A DNA stretch of 64,000 nt from Macrostomum lignano (taxonomy: Eukaryota): positions 124,001-188,000 of the forward strand of contig NIVC01000521.1 of assembly GCA_002269645.1 (NCBI GenBank), written 5' to 3'. A program made the translations under genes and the position numbers. The notes under the pieces were generated by a model. The model was given only the letters and a program-made list of their open reading frames with translations, was not told the DNA's origin and searched no databases. Shown one piece after another: positions 49,341 to 61,518 of the stretch (the first letter of the stretch is position 1; each line of letters opens with the position of its first letter).

Positions 49341-49711
49341 AATACTGCTCTTCACTTTTTTTTGCTGCATCTTGCTTTTTGATGCCGTTTCGAATGATTT
49401 TTCCACCACGTACAACTGGGATCGGATTAGTAAGTCAGGAGGACTTGCCCAGGTAGCAGGGCACCCAACAACTAAGAATCTGGGAGACTACAAAACTTAG
49501 ACCTGCTTATCTAGAAATTTGAAAAGCAACTATTCAGATTCTAAATTAAATAAATAATGAATAAACTTAATACTAAAACAGCAACAATCCGCCTTCCAAA
49601 GATAAAATACAATAGACCGAGCTTTATTGGTACATCAATAAAACATTAATATAAAATATACAATTCAGCAAAGCGAACAATAGTCAAAACTAGTGTAGGG
49701 ACGTCACTATA

Positions 49712-49905
49712 CAAGGGCTGTCAGAAAATTTCTGCTTATTGGTCTGTAAAGTACAAAGTAGTTATGTTAAAACGATACCCTCCAGAATCTATCACTAACT
49801 TTTCTCCATTAAAACAGCCGCAAGGACTAAGATCTGGCGAGTCCTTTTGAGATCTAAACAGACGGCGATACACACCAATAAGCAGAACTTTTCTGACAGC
49901 CCTCG
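49712..49905. mobile_element. Roughly 194-bp MITE with 28-bp imperfect TIRs (CAAGGGCTGTCAGAAAATTTCTGCTTAT), Tc1/mariner-like
   Basis: Inverted termini at 49712-49739 and 49878-49905; left flank TA, right flank TG (degenerate target-site duplication). Lies just downstream of the TSR2 stop. Confidence 0.65.
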
Positions 49906-49932
49906 TGACTAACTCTGCCCAGCTAACCCCAA

Positions 49933-50424
49933 TCAAGCGTGCACCCCGCCATAGTCTTGCTCATCTCCGCTGTCATCGCCACCGCCGTCCCCGTCGTCGG
50001 CATCATCGTCATCCTGGTGACTACTGGGCGCACTGACGCAGGCCTGCAGGCTGACGCCTCTGGCCAGGCGAGTCAGGGCGGCTTCAACGAATGCAGTCTC
50101 GCCTCGTCTCAGCCTCTCTAACAGGTCGCATAGTAGGCGGGCAACCTCGTAGCAACTGCCATCGTCAAATACACTGCTAAACAGCTCGTCAATGTACTGT
50201 TCAAGCACTTCGGCTAGTTCGTCTGGTGCCAGGGCGCTGTTCTCCAGCATCCAATGGCACACCGCCTGCTGCATCCAGTCCACCTTAGCCTGTGTGTCTG
50301 GCCCGCCAGCCTGGTGTTCCACTAAGAGTCTGACAGCTGTCCAAGGAGCAAATACGCGATGGACAACTGGCAGAAATTCTGCCTGGCTAACTGCCTGTTT
50401 GGAGGCTGATGAAGATGAGGCCAT
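49933..50424 (-). CDS. TSR2: Pre-rRNA-processing protein TSR2 homolog, single exon, 163 aa
   Basis: WGG-domain pattern F---V--VF--WTAVRLLVEHQAGG----K--W...DEL...DDGS--EVA--L and an acidic C-terminus. Confidence 0.9.
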   Translation of the reverse strand: MASSSSASKQAVSQAEFLPVVHRVFAPWTAVRLLVEHQAGGPDTQAKVDWMQQAVCHWMLENSALAPDELAEVLEQYIDELFSSVFDDGSCYEVARLLCDLLERLRRGETAFVEAALTRLARGVSLQACVSAPSSHQDDDDADDGDGGGDDSGDEQDYGGVHA

Positions 50425-50469
50425 GAAGAAGAAATAATAGTGAGCGTTTAGCTTGATTTACTGTACCTG

Positions 50470-50590
50470 ATAATAATAATAATAATTGATTACACCTGCT
50501 CTAATGGGCAGATGTGCAACCAAGAGCTTAGCTGCAGCTATTGAGTGGCATATCTGAAGGCTGCATTTGGCTGTATAGTATAGAGACTAA
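50470..50590 (-). mobile_element. 5'-truncated, decayed copy of the SINE at 40350-40650, with (TTA)n tail
   Basis: Aligns over about 100 bp with 40365-40470 (TGATTACACCTGC...CAGATGTGCAACC...ATCTGAAGGCTGC). Confidence 0.7.
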
Positions 50591-51704
50591 ATGTATTATG
50601 TATATATAGTTAAACCTATTTAAACTTTCTTATTCAAACCTTGACTAAAAATAATTGTCATAAAATCAAATTGGTATCTATATATAGACCTTTTAGTAGG
50701 CTATTAGTCACTTTAACGAAAGGATATGTTGCAACAAGACATTCTAACAACAATTTTAGCATTTTAAGTCATTTTGGCAAATTGCCTTCAAATAAATGCT
50801 TTTAATAGAGAAATTAGCACTAGATTGTCTACTATTATGCCTTGGTGCAAATTCCATAGAGCATATTCAAATATAGCAGGTCAAATGACAAATTATGCAA
50901 ATGAAATATTTTTTTACCAGCTCACAGTACATATGAGATAACTTATAGAGCAATTTTAAGTAATAGAATCATGTATATATAAATTAACATTGAATTAACA
51001 TCAAATCAAATTAAATAAGTTTAAAGAATCATTACATTAGCCAGAGTCTTAGGCAACAAGACATTTTGGCAATGGACACTTTGTGGCAACAATTTTGGGA
51101 CAAATTAATTTTTTGGCAACAGTAATTGTCATATCAATGACAAAAGAAGGAGACATTTTGGCAAAAGGCCTGCAATATAAATTTATGAATGTCTTGATTT
51201 GGCAAGCAATCTATATTTGTAATTCATTTATTTTGAAGGCTAAAATGAACTTTAAATAAGGTCGCAAGGATAATATTTTTACCATAATAGTAAAATGAAA
51301 ATAAGTCAGTCATGTACTTCATTAAAAAACTTTGTTGCAACAGTTAGAAACTTATTGATTTAATTTACTAATTTAATTTACTACTTAATTACTAATTGCA
51401 ACATACAAAGTTAGCAAGTAGCAGCTGCATCTTTATTTTGCTAAATAGGTATATTTGGAAAATTTGCCAAAATGGCCTAACATTGTTGCCAAAGTGACTG
51501 TTGCCAAAATGTCTTGTTGCCAGTAGCCTTGAAAGACTAGGCCTACACAGTCTGCTATCCAGCTATAATGAGTATATGATGTGATAAGTATATCCTTTAA
51601 CTATATTATTAGAGTTCTGCTATAACCAATTTTTTCTAGTATCTATAGCTGTAGTTATATTTAGAAAATTTCCCATAGCCTATCTATATTCTATATCTAT
51701 AGCT

Positions 51705-52490
51705 GGCTCATTCCATATAAGATGGACATATTTGGAAAATAGAAAAAAGTCAATATTTTTGCTTGCCATTGCCTAATTAGCCTATTTTTTTACCAAATGT
51801 TTATATTGTGCAATATATACAATCTAAGAATAAAGGAATGGTAAACTGTTGGATTAGTATGTTATCAATTGGCAAAAAGTCATTTTTGTAAAAATTTGGA
51901 CATTTTTCGAAGCAAAAGACATCATTAAGATTTTGTACCTTTTAAAAACAAATAGAAAGCTTTTGAAGGTTGAAACAAACTATAGATAAAAGTATAGTAC
52001 TTGCATCATCAGATAAAAGCATTGGTGACCAAATAATCTATTATATTTTTAATGTATTAGTACCTCAAAGTTACTGAATTGACAGAAAAAAATATGTTAC
52101 GACCATAATGTTACGACCATAAGGCTGCCTTTTCTTTTGTATCTTTGTTGCCTTTTGAGTTTATATATTCTAATAAAAGAGTATGATTTCTAAAGATGTT
52201 CTTAGTCAAATTTTAAAAATGTATTGCAAAATATCAAAAATGAAAAATGTTATAAGACTTTTACCTTTTAGTTTCTATATGTCAAAAATCCTGTCGTTAC
52301 GACCATAAGTGTCATTTAAGGTTTAATAGCATCTATACTAATGATGATATCTATATGAAACTCTATAAATATATTCTAGACAAAATATTCTTTCATTTAA
52401 AATATTGGTTTAGTATATTCTATTATTAGATTTCATTTTATAAGTAAAAATAACCTGTCATGTTACGACTATGCTTATATGGAATGAGCC
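51705..52490. mobile_element. 786-bp non-autonomous TIR element
   Basis: Perfect 17-bp TIR GGCTCATTCCATATAAG / CTTATATGGAATGAGCC flanked by AGCT on both sides (4-bp TSD, or a longer TIR with a TA TSD); internal repeated GTTACGACCATAA motif. Confidence 0.75.
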
Positions 52491-54324
52491 AGCTAGTAAA
52501 CTTTCTATAACTATTGTATAATAGAGACCTGGACCCTGATAGATACCTTGGAGAGATAGCTAGATGCTACATATATGGCTATGCTGCATGCAACATTTGG
52601 AATATTTATCAGTCTAGATAGCAAGACCAATACTATACTCTATACAAGGGTGTGCCTGATACAGCCTTCTGACTTGCTATGTGGGCAATGACTTTGATTG
52701 GCTGGCCACATCATCTAGTTATATGCCCACTACCCTGAGCTGCTATACAAAGTGCTGCTACTCAAGTTACAAAGACTATGCAATTGAGGCCAAGGGCAAA
52801 AATTCTCTTCTTTCCTCTCTTTTTTCTACATCCTTTTTTCCTTTCTCCTTTCCTACCCTCTCTTCTCTTCCTACTCTTTTCTTATCTTTTCTTTTCCTTT
52901 TCTTACTACTTTCTTTCTTTTCCTCTTTCCCTTTTCTCTTTTTTTCTGATATTGTTTAACTAATTTAGTAATTAAGTAATTAGAGGACTTAATAGCTGCC
53001 TTTGTATTGAAAGTGAAAACATATCTTAACTTTAACCCCTTCCTTATTCTAACCTCAATATGCATAGTGTCAAACATTTTTGTCTATTGCTTAGTCTCCA
53101 ATTCTAAGAACTTAAAAGCTCCCTTGGCCCTTATATTGAAAGTGAAAATATTCATCCTTAATTTAGCCTCCAATACTCTAACCCCATCTAATCCCCTATC
53201 CTAGGGACTTAAGAGCTCCCCTTTGAAAGTAAAAACAATTTTAACTTTAGTCCTTACTTTTAGTCCCCAGAAATAGCATTGGCAATCTAGATATTAATGT
53301 TTGAATCCTAAATTCTAGGAACTTAAAATTTTTCTTACTTTAAAATTGGCAACATTCATTTACTTTTACTACTGTAACTCTATCAAAGCAATATTTCTAA
53401 TTGTTTTGTCCAATTCTCATTTAGATAGTATTACTAGACATGAGAACTAGATATATAAAGTACAAATTTTTATAACCATATCTATATCTATATGCTTACC
53501 AAAAAGCCTCCATATCCATAATTTCCTATAGCTATATCTATAGCTATGGTAGAACTTTAGGATGCAGCCCATTTTGGCAGAAGAATTTCTGGCAAAGGAA
53601 GCTTTGGTGAATATGAATTTTTAATTTATATAGTTATATATTTTGGCAAAATAAAAGATAGAAAAGATATAAGCTACATAGCTACAACTTATAATTGCAA
53701 ATATACCACTTTTGTAATTGTGGCTTTAAAAAAATTACTCATTTACTACCTTACACACATATTTTAGTTATAAATTTAAAAACTTACGATTTAGCTAGTA
53801 GCTATGTTACATGTATGCAAAGTACAATTAATAGATTAGGGATGATAGTATGATTTTTGTTTTCTCAGTTCCTAAATTGTTTTTGAAATTCTACAATAAT
53901 AGAATGACATCTAATGAAAAAACATTTTACTAATCAATAAAAATAAACTTGCCATAGAACAAAAACATATAAAACAGTAATATAGTCTTTTTAAATTTTG
54001 TATTTTTTCATTTAAACTTTTTTTCTGAAACAACAAAGACTCTGCTCTTTGTTAAAGCTTGGATCAATCTCAGCAAATCATTTGCCAAAATGCCAGCTTT
54101 AGATTGTCACGGTGAGTATGAAAGTATTTTTGCCATTATTAACTTTTGCCAAAAATTCCTTTGCTAATAGGTTGAAATGGAACTCTATATATTATCAAAG
54201 GTATATCCAGCCTATTCCAGTTTTTAAACAAGGCTAGAGAGAGTTCTAGCTTGCAATAATTAAATAATGAATAGGTACCCATATTGACTGGGCCTACTAA
54301 GCCTATAATAAGCCATACCATGAT

Positions 54325-54745
54325 GGCAGTGCTTATCCCCACGGTACCGTAGGAATAAGTCTTATTCCAATGGTACCATGCGAATAATTTTCTGCTTATC
54401 CGCACGGCACACTGAGGAGATAGCTGCCCTCTTCTACATATGCCGTGCGAATAATTTTCTGCTTATCCGCACGGCACGCAATTTAAATCATTTGTTACTA
54501 TACAAAAAAATTCTTTCTCATAGAAAAGTCGTTAAATCTTTATTTCTTTAGAACAAATGTTCAAGCCAAGTTATGTTGTTATACTGCACTCAAATTGTAT
54601 ATACTAAACTTCCCACACGGCATATGTAGAAGATAGGGCAGCCATCTTGTCAGTGTGCCATGCGGATAAGCAGAAAATTATTCGCACGGTACCGTTGGAA
54701 TAAGACAGAAATTATTCCTATGGTACCGTGGGGATAAGCACTGCC
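54325..54745. mobile_element. Mutator-like (MULE) foldback MITE, 421 bp
   Basis: About 140-bp imperfect TIRs starting GGCAGTGCTTATCCCC; perfect 9-bp TSD TACCATGAT (54316-54324 and 54746-54754). Confidence 0.85.
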
Positions 54746-55101
54746 TACCATGATACCATAGACTAAAGACAGTTAAGATTATAGGTAATAGGCCTAGCTT
54801 GTTAGAACAAGAATCCTATCTTATCTTAGCAAAATAGGCCTATATACCAATTAGACCTATATCATTATCAAAAATGAAACATTGAAATATATATATACCA
54901 AAAATTTCTAGTAAAAGGTCATTCAGTTTTTACAATTTGAACTTCCTAAGAAAGGTTTGAGTCTATAGGACTATAGCCTAGCTAGTTAATAACCAAACTG
55001 AAATTGTTGCCAAAATATGAATGTGCATATAATTCTTGTTTGCCAGGGGGGCCTAGGGCATAAAATAAATAAGACCTATCTTTGCCCATGATAGAAGTCT
55101 A

Positions 55102-55473
55102 CTAGGTTTTTTTCGCCCGAGACAAGGTGTGAAATCGCACCTTGTGCCAAATTTCAAGGTGCGATTTTAAGGCCCAGAGTGCAATTTCTCTTGAGTCTTG
55201 TTTCAGACGAGACAACTAGGAATGTATATCTTACATAATGCTATAGCCATAGGCATAGGCTATATTGCCTATATGACTTAATAGGATTTAAAGAGTTATT
55301 TTGTTTCATATTTTAAGGCAGTGCATGAAAAATAGCTTAAGCATAGTTAAGCCTTTAAAGAAAAATGGTTGGGCCTATAAGACCGCACCTAAACCGCACC
55401 TACTTTTTTAATTTCAGGGTGCGATTTTAAAATTTAGGGTGCATATGCACAATTTGTGCACAAAAAAACCCTG
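55102..55473. mobile_element. Possible hAT-like MITE remnant
   Basis: Degenerate termini (CTAGGTTTTTTTC / AAAAAAACCCTG), internal GGTGCGATTTT motifs in both orientations, ATAGAAG near both ends; boundaries imprecise. Confidence 0.35.
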
Positions 55474-56616
55474 ATAGAAGACAAGCCCAAAATCAAACAA
55501 ACTAAAAAATACACAACTGGCTAGTTGCCTAGAAATATATAATTGGTCTTTTTGCTTGTCTCATCTCGTTTAAAATTAATTCATTGCAATTCTATAACAA
55601 TGTCAATAGGCCTCTGTACTCCAACAAGGTGAATGTAGGCCCTACTTATCAAGTTAAAATTACATTAAAATGGCAGTTGTTATTTGTTCAATAAACACTC
55701 AACAGACAAACACAACAGCCAATATTAAAAATACTTAATAAACAGCAATTAAACAGCCCCACTATTCTGACTTGAGTCGAGGCACAGTTAAACATTTAAC
55801 AAAAATTCTGTCATAGGAGCAAAATGAGATCTGTCATAAGATCGCTAGGATAAATATCAGAATTCAGCATCTCAGACGGCCACATGCCGATGATTAAAAA
55901 ACTGATTGCACGTGCACTGCACATGCGGATCGCGACGCGAGCGCTACTGCCAGTCCAGCGTGCGCGGCCGCGGCGTGCGCTAAACGTTGCAAGGACCTTA
56001 AAAAACACCTTATTCAAATATTTATTTGATAATAACTAACCTGCTTTATTAAATTGTCATACTAGCCTGAAATAAACTTTTTGTTTACAAGTCCTTTCCA
56101 AAGAAATTAAAAAAATAAAGATCAAGAAAGAGTAATTTCAATTGCCAAAACGTTAAATACAATTTAAATAGTAGAAAAAAGTAAAAAAGATGTCGTGGCG
56201 CGGGCGGCGGGCTCAGTGACCGTTAGTCAAACACGCAGGCAGGCAAAAAACGATCTTAGCAATTCTAGCACTAAAATTGCACTTTAGAACCTTTCATATT
56301 TCTTGTTCCGTTTTACAAAACTTTTCCATAATGATGTTCTAGATTAGTAGCTGAAAAAGATGTGCAAAAGTATACAGATAAAAACTCTAGATTGTATGTT
56401 TACTTAGCCTAACATTCAATCCTCTAAATTACATTCAGCTTCTGATAAAGTAATAAAGTCTTTTTCTTTCTATCTTATCTATATTTTTTAATGAGAATCA
56501 TATGACAAAGAGGAATAACAATAGAGGCAATTTGTGTAGCATTAGAACTCAGGCTTAAACACAATTAATAACTTGATGTTGATACAGTATTATGATGGCC
56601 AATGGCAATTATTTAT

Positions 56617-57617
56617 TAAAGTGCTTATCCCCATGGTCCTGTACTGTAATACCAATAATTTCAATTTTATCCACACAGATCCATGTTGATAATTTCCAGC
56701 TTATCCCCATGGCAGCTTACTGAAATAGCTGCCACCATTCAAGTCTATAGGCCATGTCAATAATTCCAATACTATCTATATGGATGGATCTGTGTCGATA
56801 ATTTTCAGCTTATCCCCATGGCTAAGATTGTGTAGTTGTTTGTATTTTTTATATACTGACATTAAATCAATATTGTCATTATTATTAGTATTATTAATCA
56901 TTATCATTACATATTAAATTTTGAATTTTTCAAGTCTCATTTGCCTCAATCTTAGGGTCATTTGGTCATTCTAAGCAAAGCTAGCAGCTAAGTGAATATT
57001 TAAAATTAACCCTTTTAACAATGAAAAGGTTTTAACAAAATACTCAATACTATTCAATATTTAGTAGTTTATTTGAATTGGAATATTTGTAAAACAATGA
57101 AAACAAATAGACAGTTTTTTAATAGATTCATTTTAAGATTCTCTATTCCAATCTACCATGGGAACATACATGCGCAACTGCTGGCCGACCTGGCCGATCT
57201 GGCCACCATAAATTGTGGTGGACCAGGGATAAGTTGCAAAAATGCCCAACCTAAAGAATACAGACAGAGTACTAATTAGATGACGAGGCATTTAGCCCTA
57301 ATAAGACAGTCATAGTTACTCTGCCGTTTACCCAAAATTGCGTTAAGGTTTTTTTACAGGTAAGTCGCATTTTTGGTCGAAAAGTAAGTTGCATGGCCAG
57401 TATAAATCAGGGGGTTGCGCATATATGCATGGGAATAAGCTGAAAATTATTGACACAGATCTATATGAATAAAATTGGAATTATCAACATGGCCTAGACT
57501 TGAATGGTAGCAGATATTTCAATAAGCTGCTGTGGGGATAAGCTGGAAATTATCAATATAGATCTATGTGGATAAAATTGGAATTATTAGTATAAGACTA
57601 TAGGGATAAGCACTTCC
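56617..57617. mobile_element. MULE-like foldback element of about 1 kb, related to 54325-54745
   Basis: About 200-bp inverted arms (56620-56822 and 57428-57617) starting AAGTGCTTATCCC; near-perfect 9-bp TSD ATTATTTAT / ATTATCTAT. Confidence 0.7.
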
Positions 57618-59131
57618 ATTATCTATTATGGTTAAATAGGCTTGCTTGCTATAGATTCCAGTCAGCAATATGAGTGGGATTGGGCCTAATTAGGAGCTGA
57701 ATCCAACCAACTTGAAAATAGAAATTATTGATTGCATTATATATAGGCTTTAAAAAAGTTGCGCAATGTTTTTATTTAATATTCCTTGGGCATTACTATA
57801 AGCAGATGTTAGAATATAAGACTATCTTAATGGCAAAAAATGATATCAATTAACAATATTATAGAATGGTACTGCTTTTGCTAAAGTGGCCCTTGTTAGT
57901 AATAGTCTACTTTATCTTGATTAAGCACATTTTGATTTATTTTGGCATTTAAACTATCTTGTTTCTAGTCTGTCAATAGCTATTTTTATCCTGTTTAAGT
58001 GTTTAGGCATTGACCTTGATTTATATGAATTGAAAAGTCTAGGTCCTATTGAAAGTATAAAAGTTAAGCCTATATCAAAATTAATCTTTACTTTTAAAGA
58101 TTCTTAACCAAAAAAGAGATTTTTATCCCCTATTAGAATACTATAACAAATTGTAGACATTACTATAATGGCTTATAGTATAGTTGGGTAGTGTGAGAAA
58201 GTTTGAAAAAAATGGGATAAAATGTTTTTGTTGCAATGTGTCATTGATTACTTGCTTGTTCATTCCTTCCTTTTCCTTTTGCCCCTTTTGCTTTGCATAT
58301 ATCTATAGGAGACCCTTAAGGTCTTTGTTGCTTATGTATAGTGCTTGCTAAATATATTGAAGCAATTGGCTCTTTTGGGGCCTCAAGCTTTCTTTTGTTA
58401 TAGACATGTGACTTACATATAAAAAACCCTAAGGCAAAAATTAATATAATTTTTAGTAAATGGTAGAATATTTATGACTGTCTTATTAAGGCTAAATGCC
58501 TCATCATCTAATTAGTACTATATCTCTATTCTTTTAGATAGGCATTTTTGCTATTTACCCTTGGTCCACTACAATTTTTGGTGACCAGATTGGCCAGTTT
58601 AGCTAGCAATTGTGCAAGTATGATGTTAGCTCAATGCACCTTGATATTGTTTAATTTTTAATCAAACTTTAAGTCAAAATATAATAATTAAGAGACTAAG
58701 CCTTAGTAAAATATTATTAGTTTGCAAATATGTTATCTATTATCTTATAAAGACATAAAACTATACTCTTTCTAGCCAATATGATAAATACATTAATAGC
58801 TATATTTATTATTGTCAAACAATGCTTAATCTAGTTAGGTTTTCTTTTTTTATATGTCTTATTTGGCTTAATTGTAAATAAATTTATAGCTAATCTATTT
58901 CTAGAGACTTAGAATAAAATTAAGACCAAATCCTATTTTGGATTACCTATTTCATTTGGTTATTATGTTTTATTTGAACTAAAATAAACTAGAAACTAAG
59001 TCTTGGTCTTATTTATTCCATATTCATTTTAAAATAGAATTATAAAAAAAGTAGCAAATTTGTCAAATTAGTCATTTTCATTGTTTTTCATTAATTTACT
59101 TTAAACAAACAAAACAAACAATAGGCCCTAA

Positions 59132-61471
59132 TCTCTAACTATAAAAATCAAAACTCTGTGTGTCTGTGTGTGTGTGTGTCTGTGTGTGGACAATTTTGAT
59201 CGCTATGGACTCCCAAACCGCTCAACCAAATGACACCAAATTTTACACCCACCCTAAACTCACTACGGAGAATGTCTTAGGCTACCTTTAAATTTCCTAA
59301 ATTTGAGTCTTCCTACCTAAAAGTGCAAAAAACTGCTCAAAATGCGCAATTTTTTTACTAAAGCCTCCTTAGCGCCGCTCCACTTCTACCGATCCTCTTC
59401 AAATTTGACACAATCAATTTTCAACTATTTTGACACAATCGTGTAAAATTTCGAGTCTCAAAGTTAATCCTGAGCGGTGCTGTGCACTTTTAAAGTTAGG
59501 CTGTTTTTTTCAGCGTAGCAACCACCCCAACCTCCGCCCGCCTGCCTCTCTTTCCCGATCCTGATCTGGGCCCAGATGTGTAAAAGGGGTTTCAAAATTG
59601 ACTAACTTTTGGCTGCCATAAGTTTGCTCCACGTGAAGCGATTAACTTCAAATTTGACACAATTATTTATTGACTCATTCTTTTTCTAATTGTAAAGTCT
59701 CAACTCTGTATCTCAATCAGAACAGAAACTGTAGGCATGTGAAGTCTGTCTGCTTTTTCTGTTGTTTGCCGCTCATCCAACTCATTCCCCCAGACGAAGG
59801 ATCAGGCGATAGGGCTCAATGTACATAGCGAATGTACAGTGTTTTGGAATAACTTTTTAATAGCCTTCTCTGTACCCACGCGAGTGGAGAGGCGTGTGGA
59901 GAGGAGAGAGTTTAGCGAGAGATTCAAACCACTGTCCTCTGTATAGACAAGTCGCAGCAGTTAAACAAGGATGGCAAATCAAGGCGATGTGGGATGGTTT
60001 GTAAAAATAGCGAAAAATTAATGAATAACTGATTGCAATGCATGCAATCCTATTATCCTACTAAATTAGTTACACCATGGAAATTTTAACATTAAGATTT
60101 GCATAAGGTACTTTAAAATTTAAATGGCTTCCTAAGAAATGCGTATTTCCTTGGTTGCTAGACTGCTGCAGACTGTGGTGGTGGAGCTGGAGAATGGAGA
60201 TACACAAATTCCTCTCAGGGCTGCTAATTGGCCAGAAAGATTACGTGATTAAAGCATGAGAAATGATAACAACCATGATAGTACTACGTCCCATGATAGT
60301 ACTTTCGAAGCAGTGATTGGCAGATTTTTATCTCAAAGGCCAGATAAAGAATCCAGCTCAGGGCTGCGGGCTAGACTATTAGAGAGGGAGGAGGGGCGAG
60401 AGGGGGATAAGAGAAATGATAGAAGATAACAGGAGAGACGAGGGGGTTGAGGAGAGAGCAGAGAATATGGGACGAAGAATCGAGAGGAGGGAAGAGAGAA
60501 GGGAGAGGAAATAGTAGAGGTGAGAAGATGGAGAGAGAAGAGGGGAGAGATGAGACAGGATCGATCAGAGAGGAGAGTAGAGAAGAGTGAGAAGAGATGA
60601 GAGAACAGAGAGGTAGATGAGAGAGGATCGAGAGGAGAGATTCGAAAGGATAGAGAAGAGAGGAGATAAGAGGGGGAGAGAGGGGGAGAGAGAGGAGTGA
60701 GAAGAGGAGATAAGAGATAAGAGATAAGAGAGAGAGAGAGAGAGTTGAGAAAGAAGAGAGGAGAAAGGAGAGATGATAGAGTAAAGGGAAGAGGAGGAGA
60801 GAGGAAAGAGATGAGATTGTAGAGATGAGACAGATGAAAGGAGAGATGAGAGAGTAAAGATGAGAGATTAAAAAGGTGAGAGGAGAGTGCAGAGAGACGA
60901 GAGAAGATAATAGAGGAGAGAGAGTATAGAAGAGGGAAGAGAAAAGAAGAGAGGAGCAAGGAAAGAGAGGAATCAGAAGAGGGGAAAGAAAAGAGTTCAC
61001 CGGAAAGAGGAGAGTAAAGATGACAGAAAAGCGAGGGGGATGAGAGAGCAAAGATGAGAGTGAACAGACGAACGAGAGATGAGAAGTGAGATAAGAGAAA
61101 TAAAGGAGGAGAGAGTGGAGAGAGAAGAGAGAAGACAAGAGAGGGAGAGAGTATAGAAGAGAAGAGAAGAGAAGAGGAGAAAGGAGAAAAGAAAGAGAGG
61201 ATTTAGAAGAGGTGAAAGAGAGAGTACAGAGGAGATAAGTGAGAGAACGTATAAGAGAGTAAATATGACAGATGAGAGAGCAGAGATCAGGGTGAACAGA
61301 CGAGAGATGGGAGAGTAGAGAGAACAGAGGAGAGATAAGAGAGAAGAGATTACAGAGACTAGAGGAGAGAGGAGAGACAGGGAGAGAGAAGTGAGTGAAG
61401 AGAGAGAAGAGGAAAGAGGAGAATGAAGAGAGGAGAGAGTAGAGAGGAGAAGAGAGATGGGAGAGGAGAGA

Positions 61472-61518
<47 letters not shown>

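Noticed and set aside
42224-49500. 459-545 aa ORFs (GDSRNLGLS; LMLFVYC)
   Set aside because: 27-bp and 21-bp satellites with periods divisible by three; antisense to the SerRS gene; no coding evidence.
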